Assembly: GCF_006345805.1 (NCBI RefSeq)
Contig: NC_043014.1
Coordinates: forward strand, 51,832,001-51,896,000
From: Octopus sinensis
Taxonomy: Eukaryota
DNA length: 64,000 nt
Direction: 5' to 3'
Shown here: piece after piece, positions 25,307 through 39,845 of the stretch
Layout of the letters: the number at the start of each line of letters is the position of its first letter
How positions within the stretch are numbered: the first letter of the stretch is position 1
The notes under the pieces: model-generated
Database searches by the model: none
The model's input: the letters and a program-made list of their open reading frames with translations, nothing else
Told to the model about the DNA's origin: nothing
Program-made: the position numbers and the translations under genes

Positions 25307-27457
25307 TATAGTTAATATTCAATGTGTTCACTTGACGCAGATCTATGATTCCAATATTATAGTCAGTATGTAGTTGTTATATTTATGTGAGGTATCTATT
25401 AAAAGCTGAAAATTGCGCAGAATTATGTATATATTTGAAAAGTTATTATATATTATATAATATTATACAACTTTTCAAATAATGCAAAAAAAATTTTCGC
25501 GACTTCCTCTCTTGGTATGTGCAAACACGCGCACAGCGCTGCAGCGGAATATTTTCCGTACGTTTCAGAAAATAATATCGCAACTTTAATTATAAAAAGA
25601 TATACGTGAGTAACGTTGCAGGTTGCACCGAGGGAAAAGAATAGAATATTTGGAAAATTCTTATTTTTCAACGATTTTGATTTAACAGTAACCTTGGTTA
25701 CGATGTCTTTAAGCATTTGATTCTAACAAATAGAGAGATAACATCTCACAGTAAAACTGAATCAAAAACATATACGAAATTGCATGAAGTGAGGCCTTCT
25801 GTGAAATAACAGAGAGATCCAGCCTTTTAAGTTTACATATATTTTACCATTGCCTAGTTACGTGTCAGTATCTATTATACTCTGCATTGTGGAGAGCGTA
25901 TGTAATATACGATATTTCTTATATTTTAAAGTTTCGTTTTGTGGGATGCATAAAAAATATATGATTATCTTCAGCAGAATACAGGTGAATAAAATATCTG
26001 TCTACCTTCTAGCATCTATCGATCATCTATCTATCTATGATCTCTCTCCTACGCCTCCCTCTCACATGCAATCTCACAAAGACACAGAGGAAGTTTCACA
26101 TGAAAACTTATGTAAGCGTGGTACAAACTTCACATGCACACTTATGTAAGATTGGTACAAACCAATTATTAATGTAAATTGTACTAACTATTACTGATAA
26201 ATATATATATAAGAAAAGAGAGGTTATGACTGTGGCAAAATCACGAATGCAATATTTACTAAACAAATGAATATTTAGACAAGAAATATCATTAGAAATG
26301 GAAATCAAATGTGGAAGTATTATCGCGTGGCTAGCGGAAAAACCGCTCGGAGTGCGACCTGTCTGCTAGTATGAATATTATGCCAATTATATGGATAAAA
26401 CTCTTGCAAGTTGAAGTGATAACAACTTTTTTCACAAAACTTTTGTTCGTTGCACCATACAATTAGTATTTTTTTTTTATATTATAACATAAACACGTTT
26501 GCATATTTGATTTAGCCAACGAACCAAATATTGAAAAAAATAACTTGGAAACTTGTAACAAAGCAACGTCAGAGCAGCATGTCACATGTGAAGTTCCCGA
26601 TATATTTTTTATCTTTCCACCTGTTCTTCTTCATGAAACTAATAATAAACGTTTATTTTTTTTTTATCTCAACTCACGATACAATTAATTTAAGCATAGA
26701 AGAGATTTTCTCTTCCAATATTTCATTTATTAATTAAAACAGTCTTTATGGGAACGTTCTCACACAGAAATTCGTTGAAAGAAATTTATCTTTTGAATTG
26801 TTTACGAGTCAATATTTTATCACAAGGTAACTGTGACATACATAGAGAAGCGTACGTGTAGATATTTACTTGAATGCATACTACTCCTATCTCTTTCTCT
26901 CTATCTCTCTTTCTCTCTATCCTACGCCTTGTCCTCGCACGCAATCTCACAAAGAGACAGAGGAAGTTTCACATACAAACTGAAGTATATTCAATTACGA
27001 ACACACACGTGCATACGTAAATACACACATATATACATATACATATATTTATATATCTGTGTGTATGTGTATTTGTGTTAATAAATACATATAGCTATAT
27101 TTATGCACACACACCACACACCAGTGTGTGTGTGTGTATGTCTGAGCGTGTATGTAGAAATACGCATATATGCGTGTTGTGTGTGTGAGTATGTGTCCGT
27201 TTGTCACCTGGTGCGATGTGTTTATATCAACGTAACCTAGCAGTACTGAAACAAGTGAAAGATAAAGTATAAACTATCCTAAGATGCCAACCACTGCACA
27301 CTGATGTATAAATATTCGCCACTAATTAGAAAACTTAACCAAAGAAAGCACATGGCTGATGATAACTCAATAAGACTGAAACTTGTAAAGAAAAAAACAT
27401 TTTGTGCTTCAGCAATATTTACAACTCTAATCTCTACCTAATGTTCTCTTCTAGTAA

Positions 27458-28040
27458 GGCAGCGAGCTGGCAGAGATGTCACTCGCTGGGCGAAATGCTT
27501 AGCGGTATTTTGTCTACCGTTACGTTCTGAGTTGAAATTCCACCGAGGTCGACTTTGCCTTTCATCCTTTCGGGGTCGATAAATTAAGTACCAGTTACGC
27601 ACTGGGGTTGATGTAATCGACTTAATCCGTTTGTCTGTCCTTGTTTGTCCCCTCAGTGTTTAGCCCCTTGTGGGTAGTAAAGAAATAGGCATTTCGTCTG
27701 CCGCTACGTTCTGAGTTCAAATTCCGCCGAGGTCGACTTTGCCTTTCATCCTTTCAGGGTCGATTAAATAAGTACCAGTTACGCACTGGAGTCGATGTCA
27801 TCGACTTAATCCGTTTGTCTGTCCTTGTTTGTCCCTTCTGCGTTTAGCCCCTTGTGGGTAGTAAAGAAATGGGTATTTCGTCTCTCTTTATGTTCTGAGT
27901 TCAAATTCTGCCGAGGGCGACTTTGCTTTCATCCTTCTCGGGTCGATAAATTAAGTACCTGTTATGTACTGGCGTCGATCTAATCGACTGGCCCACTCCC
28001 CAAATATTTCGGGTTTGGTGCCTAGAGTAGAAAAAATATT
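27458..28040 (+). mobile_element. SINE family A, long form: head + two 184-bp units + short-form end
   Basis: Unit starts at 27504, 27688 and 27872 (period exactly 184); the third ends in the short-form tail gtgcctagagtagaaa. Confidence 0.93.
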
Positions 28041-29427
28041 CTCTTCTGGTTTCCTCTATATTATTACCACTACTGTGCTACGCACTGTTCCCTGCATTAT
28101 TTATGTTTCCAGTAGTTTAACATTTGTTTATCACATGGGTGACGTCTCTGTATTAAGTATTTTCTCAATACATGCACATTGCAACACTTTCTAACGTGAG
28201 AGAAAATCGATATGAAAAAAATTACGTGGTTGGTGTGTTCCATGCATATTTATATATCGTATTTGACGACACATTAAAAGCCAAATATTGCTACGGCAGT
28301 AATATTTTGGTAAAGTTGCAAGAGAGCGTGTATTGCCGTTTATTGAATAAAGCGAATAAAAATATCACCTGTTTTAGAAACTTGCGTCGTAAATTAGTTT
28401 ACAGGAACTGACTAATATGAAAGTTTATTTTCACGTAATATCATGTTGTTGAAATAGTTGAATGTAACGAAAGCGAATTCAATATATTCAGGAAGAAAAT
28501 GAAACAGAAAATACAAAACAAAATTAACAAAAGATAATTATTGAAAAATACAATATTAAATGATCATCTGTTGGTCTGTATGCGAAATATAATCTCGTGT
28601 GATATCAACATCTGCCAAGAAAGGATATCACCTTCTCGTGTATATTTCACTCCGTAAGAAAACAAAAATTGCTTTCCCAATTATTCCATAAGATTAAAAA
28701 TCTTAAAAAAAGAGTCGGCCCACGTTTTAAGTACATAGAACCGTATGTATGGAAAAGCTTGCAAATAAATATGGTAATGTGTATGTTTGATGTATGGAAG
28801 CGCAAAGCAGCATAACAAGTCATTAAAATTCTGCCTAATATTTCCGTTAATTTGATAAAATAAAACGAAAAATAGACGTGTTTCGGAATAAATGAACATA
28901 ACAAATCAAATTTAAATGTAAAAATTAAAATACCTCTTCTAAAAGGCAAACAGCAGTTGAATATTAAAATATTTCCTTTTACTTTTTTTTTGTATTTACA
29001 TCTTCAGAATCTAAATTGACAACCATCTTGTGAGAGCCATCGAGGAAAGCAATTACCGAAATGGCATAGAACCAAACTGCTACTAATTTTTAAAAATTTA
29101 TTTGAATATAGTTGATAATTGACTCGTTGAAGACATGTGAGAAGCAACATGGGAAAACTGAGACCGATATAACATCGTCTAACATTAAACTGACACAATT
29201 CTAAGTACATCCAATCATTCTAACCGTGTAACGTAAGGTGTGCGCAGGTGCAAAATAATGTGTGATTTAAAGAGTAGTTAACGCAGTAGTACCTTTGCCG
29301 TCCAAGTTATGGACTATCGTTTGCCTCTGGCGGAGAATCTTTTGCTGTGGATGAAAAGTTCCTATTTACTCTGGTTGGGTACACACATAATGCCGCGTCC
29401 AGTTAATTTCTTTGTGATTACGAAACC

Positions 29428-29790
29428 GTGGGTGTGTGGTAAGAAGCTGGCTTCCCAGCAACATGTTTCTGGGTTCAGGTCCAGTATGGGGCACCTTCGA
29501 CAAGTGCCTCTTCTGCTTTAACCTGGGGCCAACCAAACCCTCACGGGTGGGCTTGGTATATGTAAGGTGAAAGAACCCAGTCGTACATATATGTGTGTGT
29601 GTTTGTGTTGCATGTCTGTGCGTGTGTGTGTGTGTGTGTGTTTGTGTTGCATGTGTGTGTGTGTCATTGTATCTGTTTGTTCCCCACAACCGTTTGACAA
29701 CGTGTATTGTTCTATTTGTCTCTCCATAACTCAGCGATTCGGTAAAAAGAACCGATAGAATAAATGTCAGGCTAAAAAGAAAATGTATGC
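29428..29790 (+). mobile_element. SINE family B, old degenerate copy
   Basis: gtgtgtggtaagaagctggcttccc...ggcaccttcgacaagtg...agcgattcggtaaaaagaaccgatagaataa. Confidence 0.75.
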
Positions 29791-30384
29791 AGTTACTATT
29801 CTAGTGTCAGCGTGAAAATATATATGGAAGTGAGATAAAGTGCCCCTTCGCTTCATTTTCTTCAAAATAATGGGGCACTGGAACCCAGACTGTCTCGTAC
29901 TAAGACACAATGTTCATTCTCAAATGGTGACAGTGATCGCTCCAAAACGGTGGCTCTACTTTGTTGGTCCCTTGTCGTATATAATTGGCCCTTGCCGCTA
30001 GAATGAATCACGAGATTGGTAAAGGCGATATTCCAAATGAGAATAAAGAGACAAAGAACGAAATAATTCTCTGCATTTCGTTGAAATATTGCACATTTGC
30101 TATATATTCAACTCGTAGATGACTACAATTAATATTTGTTATAGATAGTCGATCATTTTCTAAACGCATTACTTTATAATTTATGTATCTCGTTTCTTGC
30201 TAACTGATTAACTGTTACAATATCCACGTGCGGTACATCATGGACACAATGTCTGATTGTTGCTAATGATATCTCGTACGACCTCAGAAATCATAAAGGA
30301 AAGGAAGGTGTTACTGCGTTTATATATTATCAGACTAAAGACCTCCATGCACAATGATATATTCTGAGGCTTACTTTACAAATT

Positions 30385-30385
30385 A

Positions 30386-30437
<52 letters not shown>

Positions 30438-30488
30438 CATTATCATCATGATTATCATTATTATTATCACCATCATCATGATTATTAC

Positions 30489-30524
<36 letters not shown>

Positions 30525-30761
30525 CATGATTATCATTATTATTATCATCATGATTATCATTATTATTATCATCATCATCATCATGATTATCATCATCATT
30601 ATTATTATTATTATTATTATCATCATGATTATAATCATCATTATTATTATTATTATCATCACCATTATTATTATCATTAGTATCATCATCATCACTACTA
30701 TTATTATTATTATTAATAATATTATTATTATTATTATCATTATTATTATTATCATCATCAC

Positions 30762-30797
<36 letters not shown>

Positions 30798-31037
30798 TAT
30801 CATTATTATTATTATTATTATTTTTACTATTATCATTATTATTATTATTATTATTATTATTCATATTATTATTATTATCTTCATCATCGCTATTATTATT
30901 ATTATTTTTATTATTATCATCATCATTATTATTTTTATTATTATTTTTATTATTATCATCATCATTATTATTATTTTTATTATTATCATTATTATTATCA
31001 TTATTATTATCATTAGTATTATTATTATTATTATATC
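30385..31037. repeat. ~650-bp (ATT)n/(ATC)n trinucleotide array
   Basis: Direct reading; source of the poly-I/poly-N pseudo-ORFs. Confidence 0.95.
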
Positions 31038-31899
31038 AACGTATATACTATTAATCCGCTTCAATTATTAATGTGTTGATCAAGTAGGCAAAATATTGTT
31101 TCAATGCCAGTGATCACCCATATCCGAGCGGACAAAGGTCACAGAGCGTGAGTTATGGCTAAAGTATATTTGAAAAGGGAATCACAAGATGCATAGCTTG
31201 ATGCCTCGGTCAAATCATCCCATTTATCATGCATAATCACAATGGACCAAACGAATATTTCTATCGTTCGACTGGTCGGCTATTCCTTGCTGATTAATAT
31301 TTGAAGTTTAAATGGCCATACGGTGGCATTTAAAAGGGAAAAAGCAACGTGCTATACACAGACATATGCATATACAGAAACACGCGCACCACACAGCGTA
31401 CAAATACATACGCACATTCACACACAAATCTGTGAGAATACATATATATACATATATATATACATATATATGCATACATACATATACATACATATATACA
31501 TACATACATACATACATACACATATACATACATACATACACATATACATACATACGCATATACATACATACGCATATACATACATACGCATATACATACA
31601 TACGCATATACATATATATATATATAATATATATATATATATATTATATATATATATATATGTATACGGGAGAGAGAGAGAAATTCAATATCACGCCTGC
31701 TCATAAAATTGTTCTTATGCAAATGGATTGCTCTGAATCGAAAAATTCTAGATAATGATTTAAAAGCAATCAATTTTCTTTCTACAGTATTCTGCAGACA
31801 ATAGATTATAATTCCTTTTTTCATGTGTTGATTTGTGTTTGTTAAAGAGTCTATCCGAAGGAATGAACCCAGTACATTTTACAAAGTCTGCTACTTGTA

Positions 31900-32160
31900 T
31901 TATCCGTATCTTTGGCCGAACCGCTAAGTTACCGAAACACACTAAGACCGGTTGTAAAGTGATGCCGATGGTCAAACACGGACTTAAAACAGACACATAT
32001 ATAAGTGTACGACAGTTTCTATCGGTTTCTATCTACCAAGGCCACTCACGAGGTTGTCATCACCCGGCGATTATATTCAAATACTCATGCCCGAGGTGCC
32101 ATACAGTGTGGCGGAATCCAGAACCATGTGTTTTGGGAAGCAAGCTTCTTACTACATAGG
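31900..32160 (-). mobile_element. SINE family B, degenerate
   Basis: gccgaaccgctaagttacc...tctaccaaggccactcacgagg...gaaccatgtgttttgggaagcaagcttcttactaca. Confidence 0.65.
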
Positions 32161-33562
32161 CAGGTCTGCACATATAAACATGTACAGGCTTATTGTGGTT
32201 TTGGTGTCATGAACGCATCCGCTTTACGAAATGCTGAACTGCCTTCTTTAAGCTAAAAAGAAACACCAGTCGGCTCCTCCATGTAGGCAAATCTGGGAGA
32301 AGCTGCAAGATATATAATGTAACGAATAATGAATGGCATTCTCCTTCGTCGAATTTTCCACCAGATTTCCAGTCAAATTCTACTTGGAGAGTAGACGGAG
32401 GTGCGAAAGTTGTTGCCCTCAATAAATTTATGGACAGTGTCTGTGGAAAGCCAGCTTGACTCGAGGAAACATACTAGAATCAGTTGGAAAATGTTGTATG
32501 GAAAAGAGAGTAATTACCATTATCGCTTGATTTTCTTCATAATATTATGACATTGGGTTCCATTCTAGCTGATATATTGCAGTTCCTTGGAAACACTTCA
32601 GCAATTGTTATTTTTTTTTGCCATTTCTATAGAGTATTCCTCCGGACAGTCTTAGTAATCTTGTACTACTTAGCGTTCTATATTATTCATAAATAGCAGT
32701 CTTCCTCTTGAGACATTAGCAAGTGTTGCCTACCTTTTAAATTATCACCTTTCTCACCATTCCAATATGAGTCTTCGAGTGTGATTCTTCAACATGACAC
32801 TGTAAGTGTCTGTATTCATCGCCCTTTTGGCAACAACAAATAAACTATAATTAGCAGCCTTCAGACGTGCTACAAACGTTTATCAATTTATCTATAATAA
32901 CATTAATCTCATGTCATTTTAATGCATAATTTTGTTTCAAGTCGGTTTGAACTATCACTTTATAATGAAACTCAATTAATTCAATTGCAATAACTGGCTG
33001 TCACTGTTTTCAATTTAGAGTATATTTCAGCATTGCGTGTTAGTCACAAAAACAAACACATGATGAACACAAACAACATCCTGTTCATACTAGCATATTT
33101 AAACATGATCACGTCTTCACAAATCTTCTTCTCACATTTTCATTTCTTTATCATTTGTACGTTAATAAGAATATATAAAATTCTATTAATTTCATATGTT
33201 AAATTTTGTCAGAATAGATTTTAAAATAACGACTTGCATCTTCCCTTAGAAACATACATATTCACACAGATCATTACATACAAGCATATATAGTCATACG
33301 TACAAATATATGTATAGTTAGAAACGTGTGTATATTTTGTTTATGTGCAGAATTTGCGTGTGTGTGTGACATTTGTAAGTTTCCGTGACAACACAGTGGT
33401 ATATTGACATACTTGTGCACACAAAGTAATATTCTACACAAATATACGTACATAAAAAGCACACATACCTAGACTCACAAATTAACTGTTGAATAACATA
33501 TTTTGAATACTTAACTGAGAGCAAACTGGTAATAGTTTTAGGGTAATCTCTTATATTCTACT

Positions 33563-33596
<34 letters not shown>

Positions 33597-33609
33597 GTTG
33601 AAATTTAAA

Positions 33610-33722
33610 GAAAAGCAAAAGACGAATTTAGGTGTATCGACAAACAACAGGTGTATTTGTTTAACGATCGGGAAGGTGAGAAAGTCTTTTACGTTTCGAG
33701 CCTACGCTCTTCAACAGAAAGG
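33610..33722 (-). mobile_element. Short Penelope-like terminal repeat fragment with hammerhead-like motif
   Basis: Minus: cctttctgttgaagagcgtaggctcgaaacgtaaaagacttt...; homologous to 20044-20157. Confidence 0.5.
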
Positions 33723-33770
33723 AACACTAGGAAATAGACAGAGAGAAAATAAAATATATGTATATATATA

Positions 33771-34316
33771 CAGGGTTATTCAAAAAGAAAGAACGGATTT
33801 CAAATTTATTTCCAAAACAAATTGTAAGAGACACAAACAGATTCTACATATTTCTTGATAGGGCAAGTTTTAAATTGTATAGCAGAACATATTCAATTGA
33901 ACTAAGCCATAACTAAAGTAATATGTGTTTCATTTTGATGATTTTATTGAAAGTTGTATAAATTTCGTATCTGTAATCCCTTAGAAAATGGCGACGCCAC
34001 AAGAAAAGCCTTTTTGTGTGCTGCAATTTGAGAAATGCTAATCGATTAAGCCAGTGCAACGTGAATTTCTCATCAAATTGCATAAAATGCACGTCGTCAC
34101 AAAGAAATTTATGAATGCCATAAAAATTTCACAGCAAAATGTTGCATTTGTAAAAGAGAAAGCACCGGTGCTCATAGGGCTCATATTGAGTGCATAATAG
34201 CCCAGAATAAACTTTAAATCTTTCCCTATAAAGAAATATGTAGAATGTGTTTGTGTCTCTTACAGTTTGTTTTTAAAATAAATTTTAAATCTGTTCTTTC
34301 TTTTTGAATAACCCTT
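33771..34316 (+). mobile_element. Tc1/mariner-superfamily (DUF4817, maT/DD37D-like) internal-deletion derivative with ~94-bp TIRs
   Basis: TA-cagggttattcaaaaagaaagaac...gatagggc is mirrored by ccctataaag...ctttttgaataaccct-t-TA. Internal ATG at 33988 gives MATPQEKPFCVLQFEKC*SIKPVQREF, the N-terminal HTH typical of these transposases. Confidence 0.85.
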
Positions 34317-34900
34317 TATATAACCAGTATGTGTCAATTCCTCAACCGTCTGTTATTTAATCCGAAATTTCAAGTAAACCTCACGGCATATCTTTAAGAT
34401 CATGTATTCTTAATACTTTGGTAAAATATTCCAAATTTGATGATGAATAATGTTATTAATGTATAATAATGAGTTTATTAATTATGTGCTTTTCTCTTTT
34501 ACTTTCAGGTGAGTACATCCATTTTCTGGTATTTTTGTAAGTATCCGGCACTTGTTTTCTACACGGCATCCATGTTGCAAATTCGACAAACGTGATGTTA
34601 CATATATATAGTAAAATATTGAAATTCTGGAGATACTAACACTATTAGGTAGCATCTTCATCCTTAACAAATATATTTTCATAATGTATATTTAAACTTC
34701 ATTGTTTTATTATGAACTTCAGCTTTATAAACACACATTCAGAAAGTATCCAATATAAATGAATTCGTGATAATTCTAAGGTATTTCATTTGAATTACCC
34801 AAAAGTCAGTGCTTTTCTTAGAGACGGTATTCTAATAACAAATTGAAGGAAAACCAAGAGGTGAATGTCAAAGCATGTAAAAGCGACGTGTGTATATATA

Positions 34901-35198
34901 CTCTTTTACTCTTTTGCTTGTTTCAGTCATTTGACTGCGGCCATGCTGGAGCACCGCCTTTAGTCGAGCAAATCGACCCCGGGACTTATTCTTTGTAAGC
35001 CCAGTACTTATTCTCTCGGTCTCTTTTGCCGAACCGCTAAGTGGCGGGGAGGTAAACACACCAGCATCGGTTGTCAAGCAATGCTAGGGGGACGAACACA
35101 GACACACAAACATATACACACACATACATACATATATATATATACATATATACTACAGGCTTCTTTCAGTTTCCGTCTACCAAATCCACTCACAAGGC
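34901..35198 (-). mobile_element. SINE family B, 5'-truncated
   Basis: Reverse complement of the 3' two-thirds of family B. Confidence 0.9.
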
Positions 35199-35464
35199 AT
35201 ATATATTTATATATTTATATATATATATATATATTTTACTATTTAAACACTAGCACATAATGGCATTTGAGGAAAATTAATGATTTCATTTATGAAAACA
35301 ATAAAAAACACTTGGACAACAGCAAATCAGAAATACATACGCGCAATCAACGGTTTGTATGCAAGACCGATTTCTTATGAAAAGTTACCCGTTATTGAAT
35401 TGACATATTTTTCGTTACTCTCAGAAAGTGTGGAGGAAACCAAGGGCAGTCCTGAAAGAGTAGA

Positions 35465-35501
<37 letters not shown>

Positions 35502-35600
35502 TATTGTGCGTGTGTGGTTATCAGTGGAGGAGCGCGCACTCGTATGGGATTATGAACGTGCATTTCTTAGAAATTATCTATGTATAGAATGTATACATTG

Positions 35601-35732
35601 TTAGCGGTTCGGCATAAGAGACCGATAGAATAAGTACTAGGCTAACAAAGTATAAGTCCTGGGTTCGACTTGCTCGACTAATGGCGGTGTTCCAGCATGG
35701 CCATAGTCAAATGACTGAAACAAGTAAAAGAG
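35601..35732 (+). mobile_element. SINE family B, 3' fragment
   Basis: ttagcggttcggc...tgactgaaacaagtaaaagag. Confidence 0.85.
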
Positions 35733-36097
35733 TATGTACGTATAAATGTGGCTGAGATAAAGTTATATCTTCACTCGAGCTTCATTTACACACTCACACA
35801 CACACACACATATATAGTGAGTGTGTGTGTATGTGATAAAGAGAGTGAGAGTGTGTGTGTTTTAGAAGCCGAATATATAGTTGAATGTAAGAGTAAGCAG
35901 ACAAATTGTAAATTGCAGTGTTAAATATGATTTCGAGTTTTGTGGTTTTCCAAACTAAATCCAGCAAGTAATTATATGATACTAATGGAATTTGGTTGTT
36001 TCTTAAATATAGATATGGTTACACCTGTATAGTAAGTTTATTTACATATACTTAACATATACACGCACATAGAAACACAAATTGATACACCTATGTA

Positions 36098-36099
<2 letters not shown>

Positions 36100-36189
<90 letters not shown>

Positions 36190-36256
36190 ATCAAATGTAA
36201 TATACTATGTAGTATATATATATATATATATATAATCAAATGTAATATACTATGTA

Positions 36257-36300
<44 letters not shown>

Positions 36301-36318
36301 CAAATATAATATACTATG

Positions 36319-36355
<37 letters not shown>

Positions 36356-36484
36356 CAAATATTATATACTATGTAATATATATATATAAGCAAATATAAT
36401 ATACTATGTAATATATATATAATCAAATATAATATACCATGTAATATATATATATATATATAAGCAAATATAGTATACTATGTA

Positions 36485-36541
<57 letters not shown>
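36100..36541. repeat. (CA)n, then a TA-embedded minisatellite (7 copies of a caaat.taatatactatgt-like core), then (TA)n
   Basis: tactatgt/taccatgt cores near 36203, 36248, 36312, 36367, 36402, 36435 and 36476. Confidence 0.9.
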
Positions 36542-36545
<4 letters not shown>

Positions 36546-38548
36546 CAATTGCGTGTGTATGTAAATATATTGTGTTCGACTGTGATTAGTCAAGTGGTAC
36601 TAAATTTATTGAAGGCCGTCGACCAATTCGTTTCGGTCATTACCAATATCGCCGGAATTATAAAACGACGTACGAAACGAAGGTCACAATTATATTTCAA
36701 GTTTCTTCCTCGCCAATTCTTCTTCTTCTTCTTCTACCGCTTAGCTCAATTTGTTCAGTTTTACGCACCACTTGATTCTTCCCCAATTCCTTTTATGCTT
36801 CGAATATAACTTTTGTCATAGTTTAACACTTTGAAATGTATCTGATCTTTTTTTTTTTTTTTTCACAATTTTCTTTCTCTTTTCTCTGGTGTTCGTCCTT
36901 TATTTCTCTTTCTGAATTTGGACATTTTTTTCTGTAATCAGCTAATTACGTTTGGATCAGTTTTAGCTGCCTTCCGTCACATGATGGGCAGTATGCCTTT
37001 TGGAGCAATTATTGCTGGCTCCAAAGTGTTCGACATCTTATTATCATAATTACGTTGGCGATGTTTCCTGGCAACAATTCCTTGCGTTCGGAATGCAGTG
37101 AAGAAAAGAATTTAGCTTATACATTTTAATGAAAAGATTCTACTATTATTTTGGGAGTTGGACGTAACTTATACACAATATTCACGCTTATACTTATATA
37201 TATATATATATGTAATGTATGTGTATATACAGAGGTGTGCATCTATTATATATTCATATATGTGAGCGTGTTTGTGTGTGTAAATATCTGCCGTTTTATC
37301 TATATGTCATCAATATATATAGATATATAATGAGAGATAGAGTGAGAGAGAGAAAAATGCGGTGGAGCTGTAGGTACATGGGTTTACATTTGAATGGAGG
37401 GTCTTTAATGGTGTTGTTGATTGCGAAGCAAAATTAAGCCGAGAAATTTCATCAACAGCGGTCTTTTTAAAATTTTGAACCGAATGACTTCTTAAATATT
37501 ATACTCAACTTTGCTTTCTACTGCCACCGAATGCATATTACGTGCCTAAAATATCGTTGAGAACGTTGGATAAACCCAAAGTTCGGAACTCTTACACACT
37601 TTGTTCATCATATGATATGAGCTACCTATTTAGATTCAAAGTGTCTATCTTCATTACAAAGGTAGTTTTCTTATGGTATGCACCGATCTGGCCATCTTTT
37701 AACAGCATAAATTTCGCCGTATCATTCCAAACTTACACATCATTGTATTTATAGATTACATTAAGCTTAGGTTTAATTACGGCTCTGAAATTTAGCAGTT
37801 CAGGGACAATGAAAATAAATAAGACATTTAAAAAATATACTGGTATCGATCTGTTCACTATACGCTACAAGGTTTTACCACAGCTGGGTCGCAGTGCAAA
37901 CGAGTAAAAGTGGAAACGTTGCGATACACAACAGATAGAAAACAAACAGTCTGAAAGACATGAGGACAGTTTGTAAGAAAAGGAACAGAGTGAGACGGAG
38001 AGGGAGTCGAGGAGAAACATAGTTAGGGAATAGAGCGTGCTTTAATATATTTGAAAACAGCATATGATTGGAAGTAGGGTATAGTGTCATTGGAAATAGT
38101 ATCAGAAGCTAAATAAAAACAGAAGAAATAATATCGGCTTTTTCGGTAGATGAGCGAAGAAGTAAATAGATCAGGTTTTCTCGAGTTATATTTACTACAA
38201 ACCGCCGAAAGGTGAGAGATAATTAATGAGATCAAAGCTGAACAGCGTCTCCGTATTACAGTAGATATCGAACTGCCGGAGGCAAATGACAATCGAATGT
38301 TTCTCTCTACGACTTTGAAACAGTAATTGTGCTGCATCTGGACTGAGGGAGGAAGATAACTCGAAAGACAGTAACACATATATCGAGTTATTGGTGTTAA
38401 ATCGATGCCATCTAGCAATTGAGCTATGCGTATCATAAACACTTTTTTTTTCTGGAGTTTTTTTTTGCTTGCAGAAGAGGAGACATATTTGAAAGGTTTT
38501 TTCACGCGGACTTGCAAACGGTTAGTGAAGCCTTTAATGTAACACCAA

Positions 38549-38579
<31 letters not shown>

Positions 38580-38605
38580 CACAAACACACTCACACACAA
38601 ACACT

Positions 38606-38655
<50 letters not shown>

Positions 38656-39720
38656 CTCTCACACACACACACACACACACACTCACACACACACACACAC
38701 ACACACACAAAGAAAAAGAAGAAAACAAAGGCGATTGATAATATTGAAATTGATTTGAATAGACAACCAGTCAAAAACTTTGAGTATGATTTCACTGGCT
38801 GAAATCAAACAGCAACACATAAAAAGGGACCGTTACTTGAAACGGAAAGAAAAAAAAATTTTAAAGAATAAACGGGTGCGATGGAGAGGGAAAAGAAAAA
38901 TCAAAATGGGTGAGAAAATAAAACACTAAATATCTAATTTGCAATGCCATTTTCACATGCAAATAATTAGAGATGGGAACTTTTGTTTTAAAAATATTAC
39001 TGGCTTGCATTTCTAACAGTTTAATGAGGTGGGTATTTTTTTTTCCTTCATTTTAATATGAATTTATGGCATTCGATTATTGATAATATATTGACGCTGG
39101 AAGGTGTTGGTTCTGCTCAAAGACGTCAAATTACAAACTTGATTTAACGTTCTTTGATTCAGAAGGCGAATTTCCAGGCATGTCAAAATATGAAACGAAA
39201 CATTATAACAATGTAATAATATTGTATAGTCATGCATTTCCTGTTGATTATTTCCGCTGTCTGCTGGGAACATGTGATTTACGTGCTAGGCACACACGTA
39301 CACACACACGCGCACACGCACATGCACACACATTGACACACATGTATATATGCTCAGTTGCAGTTTCTCCTATATTCTTTAGCGTATATTCAGAACTCCT
39401 TAGCTATTCGCTCAAAAATCCAATGCATGTAAATGTATTAATTGTACGAAATCTTAGATAAATCCGTCCTCTACCATGATTTCTCACGATAACTGCAAGG
39501 AAACCATGCGGTTTATTTGCCCCAGTCCTTCGGTTGCGCGCTTATGTTAAACACAACTTATCGCATCCCTATTTAATAAAGCCAACTCTTAAGTATTTCT
39601 CGTGGAGTCCACTCTCTTTCATTTTCATTATTATATTTCATCCTCTTTCCGATCGGTGCAGGAGACACCGAAGGGGGAAATGGAACTTTCAGCTCCTCAT
39701 CTCATTATAGTAGTAATATA

Positions 39721-39845
39721 CAGGCTGTCCACAAAGTATGGGTACATGGGGATGAACAATACTTTAAGAAATTATTATGTCTTATATTCAATTCTTTATA
39801 TTATGATTTTCTTTACTCCATGTACCCAGATTTTGTGGACACCTG
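39721..39845. mobile_element. Tc1/mariner-like MITE, 125 bp
   Basis: TA-caggctgtccacaaagtatgggtacatgg / ccatgtacccagattttgtggacacctg-TA imperfect TIRs. Confidence 0.8.

Noticed and set aside
27345-27410. CTGATGA...GAAA hammerhead-like string
   Set aside because: No credible stem II, no U16.1 for the cleavage triplet and only a distal stem I match.
32640-32830. Possible third R4-like LINE tail on the minus strand
   Set aside because: Only a vague resemblance to the KxAxxGTARIL motif; too degraded to call.
38023-38652. 209-aa minus ORF and a plus-frame ITVDIELPEANDN cadherin-like string
   Set aside because: The ORF starts in a (GT)n tract and has no recognisable domain; the cadherin resemblance is a few residues flanked by stops.
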